This document shows, in pieces, positions 9,441 to 18,145 of a DNA stretch of 38,111 nucleotides. The notes below the pieces were generated by a model. The model did no database searches and was not told the origin of the DNA. It saw only the letters and a program-made list of their open reading frames with translations. Location of the stretch: the NCBI GenBank assembly GCA_964490075.1, contig CAZBBK010000012.1, forward strand, positions 62,001 through 100,111, read 5' to 3'. The DNA comes from an uncultured Gemmatimonadota bacterium. GTDB taxonomy: Bacteria > GCA-2686955. Both the position numbers and the translations under genes were made by a program. How positions within the stretch are numbered: position 1 is the stretch's first letter; the number at the start of each line of letters is the position of its first letter.

Positions 9441-11465
9441 ATGAGCGCCCGCCATCGCCCCTCCGCATCGATCCTGGTCCCGGTCGCGGTGGGCGTGCTG
9501 CTTGTGATCCTCGCCGCGATCCGCTTCCGTCCGGTGCTCGGCTCCTTCTTCACCTGGGACGATTTTCGCCATCTCGGCTGGGGCCAGGACCTGGTGCAGA
9601 ACTGCTCCTGGGCGACGATCTGGAAGTACTTCAGCGTCAGCCAGGGCAGCATGTATCGGGCCTTGCCCAGCCTGATGGCCGGAGTCGACTACAAGCTTTG
9701 GGGAGTGCAGCCGCTGGGCTGGCATCTCACCACCGCTGGCTTTCATGTCGGCGCCTGTTGGCTGGTCTTCATCATCGGCCGGCGCATCTTCCGCTCCGAC
9801 CTCGCCGGTCTGATCGCGGCGGTCTGTACTCTGCTCTTCCCGCTCTCCGTCGATTGCGTGGCCTGGATCACGCTGCGCGAAGAGACGATGTGTCTGTTCT
9901 TCTACCTGCTGGCGCTGGTCCTCTTCCTGGTCCACGCGGGCGGGCCCGGCGGCGCGCGGGGTCGGGTGGCCTACGCGGGATCGCTCTTGGCCGCGACCTC
10001 CGCCTATTTCTGCAAGGAGATCGCGGTGAGCCTGCCGATCGCGCTGCTGGTCGCCGACGCGACGCTTGGCGGTCTTCGCCCGCGCCGCGCGGCCCGGCGC
10101 CTGCTCGCCCTGCTCCCCTTCGCGCTCGCCGCCGCGCTCTTTCTCTGGGCCCGATCGGTGGTGCACGGCGGCCTGGTGGTCGGCTTGACCGCGCCGGACA
10201 ACACGCCTTATGGCGACGTTTTCAACTATGCAGGCACCCTTCCGCAGACCCTCCGGCACCTCGTCGGCCGCTTCCCGCGCATCATGCTCCTGCCCGCGCA
10301 TCCAGACAGCGGCACCTACGTGGAGCTGCGCCGGGTGATCATCCCGCTCTTGATCGTCGCCTGCGCGACACTTCCCTGGCGCAAAAGCGACAATCTTCGC
10401 GCGCTGGGGGCGACGGCGCTGCTGGTCCTGGTCGCGGCTCTGCCGGTGATTCCCTTCCTGGCGCAGCTCGAGGTCGAGATCGGCGAGAGCCGGCGCTACT
10501 ACCTGCCTTCAGCCTTTCTGTGTCTCTTTCTGGCGGGGTTGTTCTTGCCAAGGCTGCGCACGACGCGGCGGGCGCTTCGCCAGGGCGCCACGATCTTGGG
10601 CGCGGCGCTGGGAGTCGCGCTGGCGACGCGCTATTGGACTGCTGCCGCCGATGGCATCGCCGAGCACGCGGGGCAGGCCCACGGCTTCGAAATGTTGCTC
10701 GATGGCTTCGCCTCCGATCCCCAGCGACCGCCCGCGGGGTCGACTCTCTACTTCACACCCAGCTCGTCCAGCTCGCCGCCGGAGTCGATCTACAGCTACA
10801 CCAAGCTGACTTCGGGGGAGCTCTACTGCACCGTGACGCTGGACGAACGAGGCACCGCTTCGCCGATGGGCAGCTGCGATTGGGCAACGACGCCCCCCTT
10901 GCCGCGGGGCGACCAGGACTTCCTCTTCCAGCCCGATCTCTTGAGCTGGGGCGACTCCGATCATCTCTATGCCTGGGATCACCAGCGGATGCGGCTCTTC
11001 AACCTCACCACGCCGATGGCCGATGCGGTCGCGCGGCGGCCGCCACCCGGCGCGCGGCCCCCGCGGCGCTGGCAGGGGTCGGGGCTCGATGCCTGGAGCA
11101 TCGAGGGAGCGGCGCGCCGGGTGCGCGACACGGCTGCCGACTCCACATTTGCGATCGAGTCGACGGGTTCGGCCCGGCTGGAGATCGCGATGCCGGCCTT
11201 GGCGGCGGCGCACTTTCGCGTGCTGGAGATCAGGGTCGCATGCGAGCGCGAGCTGGCGCTGCGGGTGTCGTGGGGCCCTTTCCCCGAATGGGCCAGCGCC
11301 GAGTCGTTCATGCTGGCCGAGCTGCCGGCGGCGGAGCAGCGGGTGCGGCTGCCGATCGGCGAGCATCCGGACTGGATCCTGCAGGGACGGATCGAGCAGC
11401 TCACCCTGGAGCTGCGGCCTTCGGAATCGGCCCGCGCGCTGCTGCGCGGGATCGAGCTGCGCTGA
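9441..11465 (+). CDS. GT-C fold membrane glycosyltransferase (PMT/TMTC-like)
   Basis: N-terminal TM then FTWDD, YRAL..DYKLWG..PLGWH, W...REE, CKE, RRYYLP motifs; multiple TM helices and a soluble C-domain. Confidence 0.7.
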   Translation: MSARHRPSASILVPVAVGVLLVILAAIRFRPVLGSFFTWDDFRHLGWGQDLVQNCSWATIWKYFSVSQGSMYRALPSLMAGVDYKLWGVQPLGWHLTTAGFHVGACWLVFIIGRRIFRSDLAGLIAAVCTLLFPLSVDCVAWITLREETMCLFFYLLALVLFLVHAGGPGGARGRVAYAGSLLAATSAYFCKEIAVSLPIALLVADATLGGLRPRRAARRLLALLPFALAAALFLWARSVVHGGLVVGLTAPDNTPYGDVFNYAGTLPQTLRHLVGRFPRIMLLPAHPDSGTYVELRRVIIPLLIVACATLPWRKSDNLRALGATALLVLVAALPVIPFLAQLEVEIGESRRYYLPSAFLCLFLAGLFLPRLRTTRRALRQGATILGAALGVALATRYWTAAADGIAEHAGQAHGFEMLLDGFASDPQRPPAGSTLYFTPSSSSSPPESIYSYTKLTSGELYCTVTLDERGTASPMGSCDWATTPPLPRGDQDFLFQPDLLSWGDSDHLYAWDHQRMRLFNLTTPMADAVARRPPPGARPPRRWQGSGLDAWSIEGAARRVRDTAADSTFAIESTGSARLEIAMPALAAAHFRVLEIRVACERELALRVSWGPFPEWASAESFMLAELPAAEQRVRLPIGEHPDWILQGRIEQLTLELRPSESARALLRGIELR

Positions 11466-11466
11466 G

Positions 11467-11656
11467 GGTCGGCGAAGAAATAGCTCCCGTGTTCGCATCC
11501 CATCTGCACCGCAATCGGCCGATCGGCGAGCCCCGAAATCCTCTAAGGGCTTGTAAGCCGCGTAGCGCTGCTACTCCTCCGGTTTCGGAGCTCTCCGAGC
11601 GACCGGATCTACGGCACATCTGGGCGCAAACCCGGGAAGCTGTTTCTTCGCCGACC
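11467..11656. mobile_element. MITE-like foldback element with CTGAG direct repeats
   Basis: Ends GGTCGGCGAAGAAA / TTTCTTCGCCGACC are perfect inverted repeats; imperfect pairing continues ~75 bp inward; CTGAG flanks both sides (11462-11466, 11657-11661). Confidence 0.7.
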
Positions 11657-11672
11657 CTGAGGGAGGCGGGCC

Positions 11673-11705
11673 GGGGTCCCGGCGACCTTGCCGGGACCCT
11701 CCGAT
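11673..11705 (-). repeat. REP-like hairpin repeat (family C, copy 1)
   Basis: Reverse complement ATCGGAGGGTCCCGGCAAGGTCGCCGGGACCCC matches 33353-33385. Confidence 0.65.
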
Positions 11706-11786
11706 TGCTGTCGACATCCGCGAGAGATCCGGCTATCTTCCCCTATTCGTCGCGATTTGTGATCGCGGCCGAGAGAGACAACCGAA

Positions 11787-11905
11787 CAAAGAGGCGGAGC
11801 GGATCCGCCCACCTGCCGGCCTTGGGCGCGGCGGGTTCAATCGCCACGGCGGCTGCCGTGGATCTGGGCGGTCCGCGAAACGACACGGGTCCGCCCGCTT
11901 TTTTT
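11787..11905 (+). promoter_or_regulatory. L20-leader-like cis-regulatory RNA / attenuator upstream of infC-rpmI-rplT
   Basis: AAAGA-GGCGGA..TCCGCC-CACCTG hairpin, ACCTGCCG/CGGCGGGT hairpin, terminator GGGCGG(11866)..CCGCCC(11896)+T7; CCGCCCA at 11805-11811 can alternatively pair with TGGGCGG. Confidence 0.7.
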
Positions 11906-11941
11906 GCCGCCGCCGGCGGCACGGCCACGAGGAGGCCAATT

Positions 11942-12811
11942 ATCAGAAGACGCCCCCGACCGATGCAGCCTCCCAAGCGAGACGAGCTTCGGGTCAATCA
12001 CCGCATTCGAATCCCCGAGATTCGAGTCATCGGTGCCGACGGATCGCAGCTCGGCATCATGGAGACCCGCGATGCGCAGGCGCTCGCCGAGGAGAACGAT
12101 CTCGACCTGGTCGAGGTCGCGCCCACGGCCCGGCCCCCGGTCTGCCGCATCATGGACTACGGCAAGTACAAGTTCGAGCAGGCCAAGAAGAACCGCGAGG
12201 CGAAGGCCAAGCAGCACCGCGTCAAGGTCAAAGAAGTCAAGATGAAGCTGAAGATCTCGACCCACGACTACGACTTCAAGATCCGGCACGCGATGCAGTT
12301 CCTCGAAGAGGGGAACAAGGTCAAGTTCCGCATCATCTTCCGGGGTCGCGAGCTGTCCCGGCCGGAGCGCGGGCGGGACCTGGCCGACTCGATCCTGGAT
12401 TCGCTCAAGGAGCACGCCGTGGTCGACGCCCCGGCCGCCAAGGCTGGCCGCGAGATGGTGATGGTGGTGTCGCCCACGCCGGGATTGCGCGAGAAGGTCA
12501 AGGCTCGTCAGGCGGCGAAGGCCGAGGCGGCAAAGGCCGAGGCGGAGCAGGCCGAGGCGGCTCAGGCCGAGGCGAAGTCGGCGGACGATTCGACCGCGGT
12601 GCGCAAGCCCTCCGGCGGCGCCGGAAGACCACGCTCGATCATGGAGGCCGGCCTCGACCGGGCCCGGCGGCGGCGCGAGGCGCAGGTCGGCGAGCCGGAG
12701 GCCGAGCCCGATTCCGAGCCCGAAGAGAAGACCGAATTCGAGCCCGCCGCGGAGGGTGAGGTCGCGACGGCGGCCGATGCCGCGACCCAGGTGGCGGAAG
12801 AAAGCGCCTGA
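11942..12811 (+). CDS. infC: Translation initiation factor IF-3 with long Ala/Glu-rich C-terminal extension
   Basis: RVN.RI..EIRVIG, DLVEVAP.A.PPVCRIMDYGKYKFE, GNKVK..FRGRE. AGGAGG at 11930-11935 precedes in-frame ATT (11939)/ATC (11942); ATG at 11963 is an alternative. Confidence 0.93.
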   Translation: MRRRPRPMQPPKRDELRVNHRIRIPEIRVIGADGSQLGIMETRDAQALAEENDLDLVEVAPTARPPVCRIMDYGKYKFEQAKKNREAKAKQHRVKVKEVKMKLKISTHDYDFKIRHAMQFLEEGNKVKFRIIFRGRELSRPERGRDLADSILDSLKEHAVVDAPAAKAGREMVMVVSPTPGLREKVKARQAAKAEAAKAEAEQAEAAQAEAKSADDSTAVRKPSGGAGRPRSIMEAGLDRARRRREAQVGEPEAEPDSEPEEKTEFEPAAEGEVATAADAATQVAEESA

Positions 12812-12874
12812 GCTCGGCGCGTCCCGCGAAGCGACGCGCACCCAATCAACAGCGATTCAGAAGGAGCGATCAAC

Positions 12875-13072
12875 ATGCCCAAGATGAAGACCAAGCGCGG
12901 CGCCGCCAAGCGCTTCAAGAAGACCGCCGGTGGCGGCTACAAGCGCAAGAAGGCCTACGCCAACCACATCCTCAACAAGAAGTCGACCAAGCGCAAGCGA
13001 CACCTGCGGGCCGGTGGCGATGTGGCCCCCTCCGACAAGAAGCAGGTCGACTCCATGCTGCCCTACGCATAG
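12875..13072 (+). CDS. rpmI: 50S ribosomal protein L35
   Basis: [45 protein letters not shown]. Confidence 0.97.
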   Translation: MPKMKTKRGAAKRFKKTAGGGYKRKKAYANHILNKKSTKRKRHLRAGGDVAPSDKKQVDSMLPYA

Positions 13073-13150
13073 CCGAGCCCCAGCAGCAGATCCGACACCA
13101 TCTCCGCCGCGATGCCGCGTCGCGCCGGGGACCGACCGAGGTAAGAAACC

Positions 13151-13516
13151 ATGCCCCGTTCCAAGACCGTTGTTCCGTCGCGCGCCCGGCGCAAGAAGAT
13201 CCTCAAGTCCGCGAAGGGATTTCGCGGCGGGCGCTCGAAGCTGATCCGCACCGCCCGCACCGCGGCCATCAAGGCTGGGCAGTACGCCTATCGCGATCGC
13301 AAGAAGAAGAAGGGCGACTTCCGGCGTCTGTGGATCGTGCGCATCAACGCCGCCGCCCGCCTGCACGGCACCACCTACTCGCGGCTGATGAACGGCCTGC
13401 GCCAGGCGGGTGTCGAGATCGACCGCAAGAGCCTCGCGCACCTGGCGATGCACGACGCCGCCGCATTCGCCCAGGTGGTGGAGCGGGCCGGGACCGCCGC
13501 GCCGGCCGAAGGGTAG
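13151..13516 (+). CDS. rplT: 50S ribosomal protein L20
   Basis: [40 protein letters not shown]. Confidence 0.97.
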   Translation: MPRSKTVVPSRARRKKILKSAKGFRGGRSKLIRTARTAAIKAGQYAYRDRKKKKGDFRRLWIVRINAAARLHGTTYSRLMNGLRQAGVEIDRKSLAHLAMHDAAAFAQVVERAGTAAPAEG

Positions 13517-13524
13517 GAGGCGCC

Positions 13525-14538
13525 GTGCCCCTCGACCGGATCGAGAGCCTGCGCGGCGACTTCGACGAGGCGATCGCCGTCGCCGCCGACCTTGCTGCGA
13601 TCGAGGCGACCCGGGTGCGCTTCCTGGGGCGCAAAGGGGCACTCAAGGAGATCCTGCGCTCTCTGGGAAAGCTGCCGCCGGACGAGCGCAAGGCGGTCGG
13701 CCAGCGAGCCAACGAGCTGCGCGGCCACATCGAGGCGGCGATCGACGAGGCGAAGGCCAAGCTCGAGCGCTCGGCCGCGGAAACGCCGGGCCTCGACCTC
13801 AGCCTGCCCGGGCGTGCTCCCTGGTCCGGCGGCTTGCACCCGCTGCGCCTGGTCGAGCGGCGCCTGGTCGAGATCTTCCGCGGCATGGGCTTCGACGTCG
13901 CCCTCGGCCCCGACATCGAGCTCGACTACTACAACTTCAAGGCGCTCGCCTTCCCCGACGACCACCCGGCGCGCGACCTGCACGACACCTTCTACATCGA
14001 CGGCGACGTGCTGCTGCGCACCCACACCTCTCCGGTGCAGATTCGCACCATGGAGCGCACCGAGCCTCCGGTGCGAGTGGTTACGCCGGGCCGGGTCTAC
14101 CGCAGTGAGACCATCGATGCCTCGCACGCCGCGGTGTTCCACCAGATCGAAGGGCTCTACGTCGACGTCGGAGTGAGCATGGCCGACCTGAAGGGGGCGC
14201 TGGGCGGCCTGGCGCGGGCGCTCTTCGGTCCCCAGGTGCAGGTCCGCTTCCGGCCCGACTTCTTCCCTTTCACCGAGCCGAGCGTGGAGTTCTCCTTCTC
14301 CTGCGTGTTCTGCGCCGGCAAGGGCTGCAAAGTGTGCAAGCGGACCGGCTGGCTCGAGATCGGCGGCGCCGGAATGGTCGATCCCGAGGTGTTCCGCGCC
14401 GTGGGCTACGACGCCGAGCGCTTCACCGGCTATGCCTTCGGGCTCGGCATCGAGCGCATCGCCATGCTGCTCTACGGGATCAACGACATCCGCTACTTCT
14501 TCGAGAACGAGCTGGCGCTCCTCGAAGCGGTTCGCTAG
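13525..14538 (+). CDS. pheS: Phenylalanyl-tRNA synthetase alpha subunit
   Basis: HPARD..DTFY, LRTHTSPVQ, FHQIEGL, FPFTEPS, CxxC..CxxC insert, GYAFGLGIERIAM; GGAGG then GTG 13525. Confidence 0.96.
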   Translation: MPLDRIESLRGDFDEAIAVAADLAAIEATRVRFLGRKGALKEILRSLGKLPPDERKAVGQRANELRGHIEAAIDEAKAKLERSAAETPGLDLSLPGRAPWSGGLHPLRLVERRLVEIFRGMGFDVALGPDIELDYYNFKALAFPDDHPARDLHDTFYIDGDVLLRTHTSPVQIRTMERTEPPVRVVTPGRVYRSETIDASHAAVFHQIEGLYVDVGVSMADLKGALGGLARALFGPQVQVRFRPDFFPFTEPSVEFSFSCVFCAGKGCKVCKRTGWLEIGGAGMVDPEVFRAVGYDAERFTGYAFGLGIERIAMLLYGINDIRYFFENELALLEAVR

Positions 14539-14577
14539 CTCCCGAGGGTCGTTCCCTCTCCACCCGGGCCACACCCC

Positions 14578-17067
14578 ATGCTGCTACCGATCTCCTGGCT
14601 TTCGGATTTCATCGATCTCGACCTCGACCCGGAGGCACTCGCCGACGAGCTCACCATGAAGGGCACCGAGGTCGAAGCGATCCATCACTGCTCGGTGTCG
14701 GGCGTGGTGGTGGGGCGGGTGACGACCTGCGATCCGCACCCCGACGCCGACCGGCTGAGCGTCTGCACGGTCGAGATCGGCGCGGGCGAGCCGGCGACCG
14801 TGGTCTGCGGTGCGCCGAACGTGGCGCCGGGCCAGCGGGTGGCGGTGGCGCCGCCTGGGGCGGTGCTGGCCGGCGGACTGCGGGTCAAGGCGCGCAAGGT
14901 GCGCGGCGTCGCCTCCGCCGGCATGATCCTGGCCGAGGACGAGCTGGGGATCGGCGACGACCACGAGGGCATTCTGGTGCTCGATGAGGACGCCCCGATC
15001 GGCGCCGACCTGGCCGGACTGCTGCCGATCTGCGACACCGTGCTGGAGCTCTCGATCACGCCCAACCGCGGCGACTGCCTGTCGCTCCTGGGCATCGCGC
15101 GCGAGCTGCACGCCGCCACCGGCGCGCCCCTCTTCCTGCCGCCGATGGCGCCCGCCGACGCCGACCCGGCGGGCGGCGAGCTCGCCGAGCGGCTGCGGAT
15201 CGAGATCCGCGATCCCGAGGGCTGCCCGCGTTATGCGGCGCGCCTGGTCGCGGGGGTGCGGGTCGGGCCGAGCCCGCTCCTGTGGCGCATCCGCCTGCAC
15301 CGGGCCGGCATCCGGCCGATCAACGCCGTGGTCGACGCCACCAACATCACCATGCTGGAGCTGGGCCAGCCGCAGCACGGCTTCGATCTCGCCCACTTCC
15401 CCGGCGGCACGGTCACGATACGTCCCTCCGCCGACCAGGAGCCCTTCACCACCCTCGACAAGGTCGAGCGCCGGCTGCCGGCCGGATTGGTGATGATCGC
15501 CGCGGGCGAGCAGGCGGTGGCGATCGGCGGAGTGATGGGAGGACTCGACTCCGGCGTCTGCGAGACCACCACGGATGTGCTGGTCGAGAGCGCCTACTTC
15601 GACCCCGGCCGGGTGCGTCGCGCCGCGTCGGCGCTGCGCATCGCCTCGGAGTCGTCCTACCGTTTCGAGCGTGGCGTCGATCCCGAGCGGGTGCCCGACG
15701 CCGCCGGCCGCACCGCCTACCTGATCGCCCGCCACGCTGGCGGACGGGTGGTGCCGGGGATCGTCGACGCCTACCCGGCGCCGGTCGAGCGGCCGCGACT
15801 CTCGCTGCGCCGCGACCGGCTGCGCACCCTGCTCGGCATCGAGGTGCCCGACCTCGACGTGACGCGGATCCTCGACCGGCTCGCCATGGCCCCACGCCAT
15901 GTCGCCGAGGACGGCACCTGGAGTGTGGCCGTGCCCGCGCATCGCAGCGACCTGGAGCGCGAGGTCGACCTGATCGAGGAGGTGGCTCGAATCCACGGCT
16001 ACGAACGCATTCCGGAGTCGTTGGGACTGGCGGGCCAGACGCCGGTCGGACCCGGCACGATGGAGCGGCTGGCGGCTCGGGTCGAGGATCTTCTGGCCGG
16101 TATCGGTTTCTCGGGAACCTGTGGCAATTCGCTGCTCGGCCCCGGCGACCTGGCGGCGTGCGCGCTCGACGCGGAGGGGGCCGCCGCGCCTGTGCGGCTG
16201 CGCAACCCGCAGGGCGAGGAACAGTCGCTGCTGCGCACCTCGCTGCTCCCTTCGCTCATCGCCTGTGCCCACAGAAACGTCGCCCGGGATCGCCCCGACG
16301 TGCGCATCTTCGAGCTCGGCAAGGTGTTCGAGGACCGCGGCGGGACCCATCGCCGGGGCGACGAAGCGCGATTCGTGGAGCGCGAGCTGCTGGGGCTGCT
16401 GGCCACCGGAAGCGCCGAGCCCGCGCACTGGAGCGGCCCGCCGCGCGCGGTCGATTTCTACGACGGGCGCGGCGTCCTGGAGCATTTGCTGCGCGGCCTC
16501 GCCGTGACCGAGATCGAGTGGCGGGCGCCGGAGCAGGCCCTGCCCTATCTCGATCCGGGGAGCTCGGCCGAGCTGCTGCACTCGGGATCGGTGCTGGGCC
16601 GGGTCGGAATGCTCGACTCAGCACTCGGCGAGCGCTTCGACCTGTCGCGGCCGGTGGTCGTCGCCGAGCTCGAGCTCGAGGCGCTGCTGGCCCTGGTCGA
16701 TGAGCGGCGCCAGTACCACGAGCCCTCGCGCTTCCCCGCCTCGCGCCGCGACCTCTCGCTGGTCATGCCCCCCGGGCTGGACTTCGTGGCGGTCGAGCGC
16801 CAGATCCGCGGATCGGCGAAGCGCAATCTGCGCGCCATCGAGGTCTTCGACGTCTACCGGGGCAAGCCCCTCGATCCCGGTCAGGTGAGCATCGCCTTGC
16901 GCCTCACCTACCGCGCCGCCGATCGCACCTTGACCGACGAAGAGATCCAGAAGGACCAGGATCGGGTGATTCGTGGGCTTCGGGAGGAGCTGGGGGTCTT
17001 GGTGCGGGGGGCTGATTGTCGAGAGGGGGGCGGTACGACGAGACGCGGGTGGGATGTCGAGACGTAG
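14578..17067 (+). CDS. pheT: Phenylalanyl-tRNA synthetase beta subunit
   Basis: HPDADRL, VVCGAPN, TPNRGDCLS, SSYRFERGVD, DLIEEVARIHGY, LRTSL, FDVYRG, DRTLTD; about 19 extra C-terminal residues overlap a repeat. Confidence 0.96.
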   Translation: MLLPISWLSDFIDLDLDPEALADELTMKGTEVEAIHHCSVSGVVVGRVTTCDPHPDADRLSVCTVEIGAGEPATVVCGAPNVAPGQRVAVAPPGAVLAGGLRVKARKVRGVASAGMILAEDELGIGDDHEGILVLDEDAPIGADLAGLLPICDTVLELSITPNRGDCLSLLGIARELHAATGAPLFLPPMAPADADPAGGELAERLRIEIRDPEGCPRYAARLVAGVRVGPSPLLWRIRLHRAGIRPINAVVDATNITMLELGQPQHGFDLAHFPGGTVTIRPSADQEPFTTLDKVERRLPAGLVMIAAGEQAVAIGGVMGGLDSGVCETTTDVLVESAYFDPGRVRRAASALRIASESSYRFERGVDPERVPDAAGRTAYLIARHAGGRVVPGIVDAYPAPVERPRLSLRRDRLRTLLGIEVPDLDVTRILDRLAMAPRHVAEDGTWSVAVPAHRSDLEREVDLIEEVARIHGYERIPESLGLAGQTPVGPGTMERLAARVEDLLAGIGFSGTCGNSLLGPGDLAACALDAEGAAAPVRLRNPQGEEQSLLRTSLLPSLIACAHRNVARDRPDVRIFELGKVFEDRGGTHRRGDEARFVERELLGLLATGSAEPAHWSGPPRAVDFYDGRGVLEHLLRGLAVTEIEWRAPEQALPYLDPGSSAELLHSGSVLGRVGMLDSALGERFDLSRPVVVAELELEALLALVDERRQYHEPSRFPASRRDLSLVMPPGLDFVAVERQIRGSAKRNLRAIEVFDVYRGKPLDPGQVSIALRLTYRAADRTLTDEEIQKDQDRVIRGLREELGVLVRGADCREGGGTTRRGWDVET

Positions 17068-17200
17068 TTGGATGGGCCCGTGGGGCGGAGCCGTGCGCCC
17101 CATCCGCAGGCAGACGCGGCCAGCGATCCACCCGGCGACGCCTCCTTCCCCGTCATTCCGGCGAAAGCCGGAATCCAGTCCGATCCAACACCGATCTACC
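17007..17200 (+). repeat. ~200-bp dispersed repeat (family B, copy 1) containing GTCATTCCGGCGAAAGCCGGAATCCA hairpin at 17152-17177
   Basis: Aligns with the reverse complement of 31759-31966, most closely over the 3' ~110 bp. Confidence 0.8.
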
Positions 17201-17368
17201 GAAGCAGGTTCGGGGCCCGCGAACTGACCAAAAAGCGGCCAGATACGCGGCCTGAGCCGGCTCAGGCTCCCCAATCAACCTCGCAGAGACCGGAACGCCC
17301 TCTTGAGCCGGGTCAGGGAGCGATGCCGACCCAGTCCCGGCCATTTCTCGTCGCTGAGCCGCCTCAGC
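17199..17368. repeat. 51-bp-period array of palindromic cores (NCTGAGCCGGCTCAGN)
   Basis: Cores at 17251, 17302, 17353 (exact 51-bp spacing), degenerate core at 17199. Confidence 0.75.
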
Positions 17369-17499
17369 GGCTGGATCATGGGAAGCGCATCATGCGTTGC
17401 CACCCGCCCGCGCGAGCACCTAGTATCGAAAAGACGGGCGGCGCACTGGGGCGCGGCCCGCATCCATGAAGTCCGGCCTGCTCTGGGAGATCGTCTGGC

Positions 17500-17802
17500 A
17501 TGGGTTCCGCCGACGGCGTCGTGCTCGAACTGGAGCGCAAGGTATCGAAGGCGGTGACGCTGCTCGATGCGGTGGTGCGGCGCAACGCGGAGTTCGAGGC
17601 CGAGCGCCGCGAGCTGCTCGCCGAGCTGGAGCGCCTGCGCGGCGCCCAGGAGCGGATCGAGGGGGTGCGGGAGCGGCTGGAGCGTGCGGAGAGAAAGAAC
17701 CGCCAGCTGCGCAAGACCCGCGACGAGGCACTGGAGCGGGCGCGGATGATCGTGCGCAAGCTGGGGCTCCTCGACGAGGAGCTGGGGCTCAAAGGACCAT
17801 GA
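17500..17802 (+). CDS. ZapB-like coiled-coil protein
   Basis: 100-aa heptad coiled coil (LERKVSKAVTLL..), directly upstream of zapA as in common pheT-zapA-rny synteny. Confidence 0.65.
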   Translation: MGSADGVVLELERKVSKAVTLLDAVVRRNAEFEAERRELLAELERLRGAQERIEGVRERLERAERKNRQLRKTRDEALERARMIVRKLGLLDEELGLKGP

Positions 17803-17821
17803 TGCGGCGGAAGGTGGCGGC

Positions 17822-18136
17822 GTGAGCGGAGAGTCGATTCGAGTCCAGGTCTTCGGTCGCGACTTCCCGGTGCGGATCCACGGCGACAGCGATCGGGCGC
17901 GCCGCGTGGCCCACGAGGTCGACGAGACGATGCGCCGCATCGCCCGGACCAGCGGGCGCGCGGCGACCCAGGAGGTGGCGATCCTGGCGGCGCTGAACTT
18001 CGCCGAGCAGCTCGACCGCTCCCCCGGCCTGCCGCAAGACGGCCTGCTGGGGCGTCTGGAGGCGCTGGTCGCTCAGCTCGACTCGGGAATCGAGACGGCG
18101 CAGCAGGCCCTTCATCCGACACCAGACCAGACCTAG
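17822..18136 (+). CDS. zapA: Cell division protein ZapA
   Basis: IRVQVFGRDFPV..VA.EVD..MR.I..VAILAALNFA. Confidence 0.85.
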   Translation: MSGESIRVQVFGRDFPVRIHGDSDRARRVAHEVDETMRRIARTSGRAATQEVAILAALNFAEQLDRSPGLPQDGLLGRLEALVAQLDSGIETAQQALHPTPDQT

Positions 18137-18145
18137 GGATCGCCG

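Noticed and set aside
9698-11938. 1037-aa ORF suggesting an N-terminally fused IF3
   Set aside because: Out-of-frame overlap with the GT-C gene; runs through a MITE and a terminator; infC has its own RBS.
17199-17368. CRISPR array
   Set aside because: Cores are only 16 bp and vary, spacers share residual similarity, and no cas genes are in the window; reported as a periodic repeat instead.
17068-17469. 133-aa ORF after pheT (also ORFs within 31186-32372)
   Set aside because: Composed of repeat elements, no coding-like codon pattern or family motifs.
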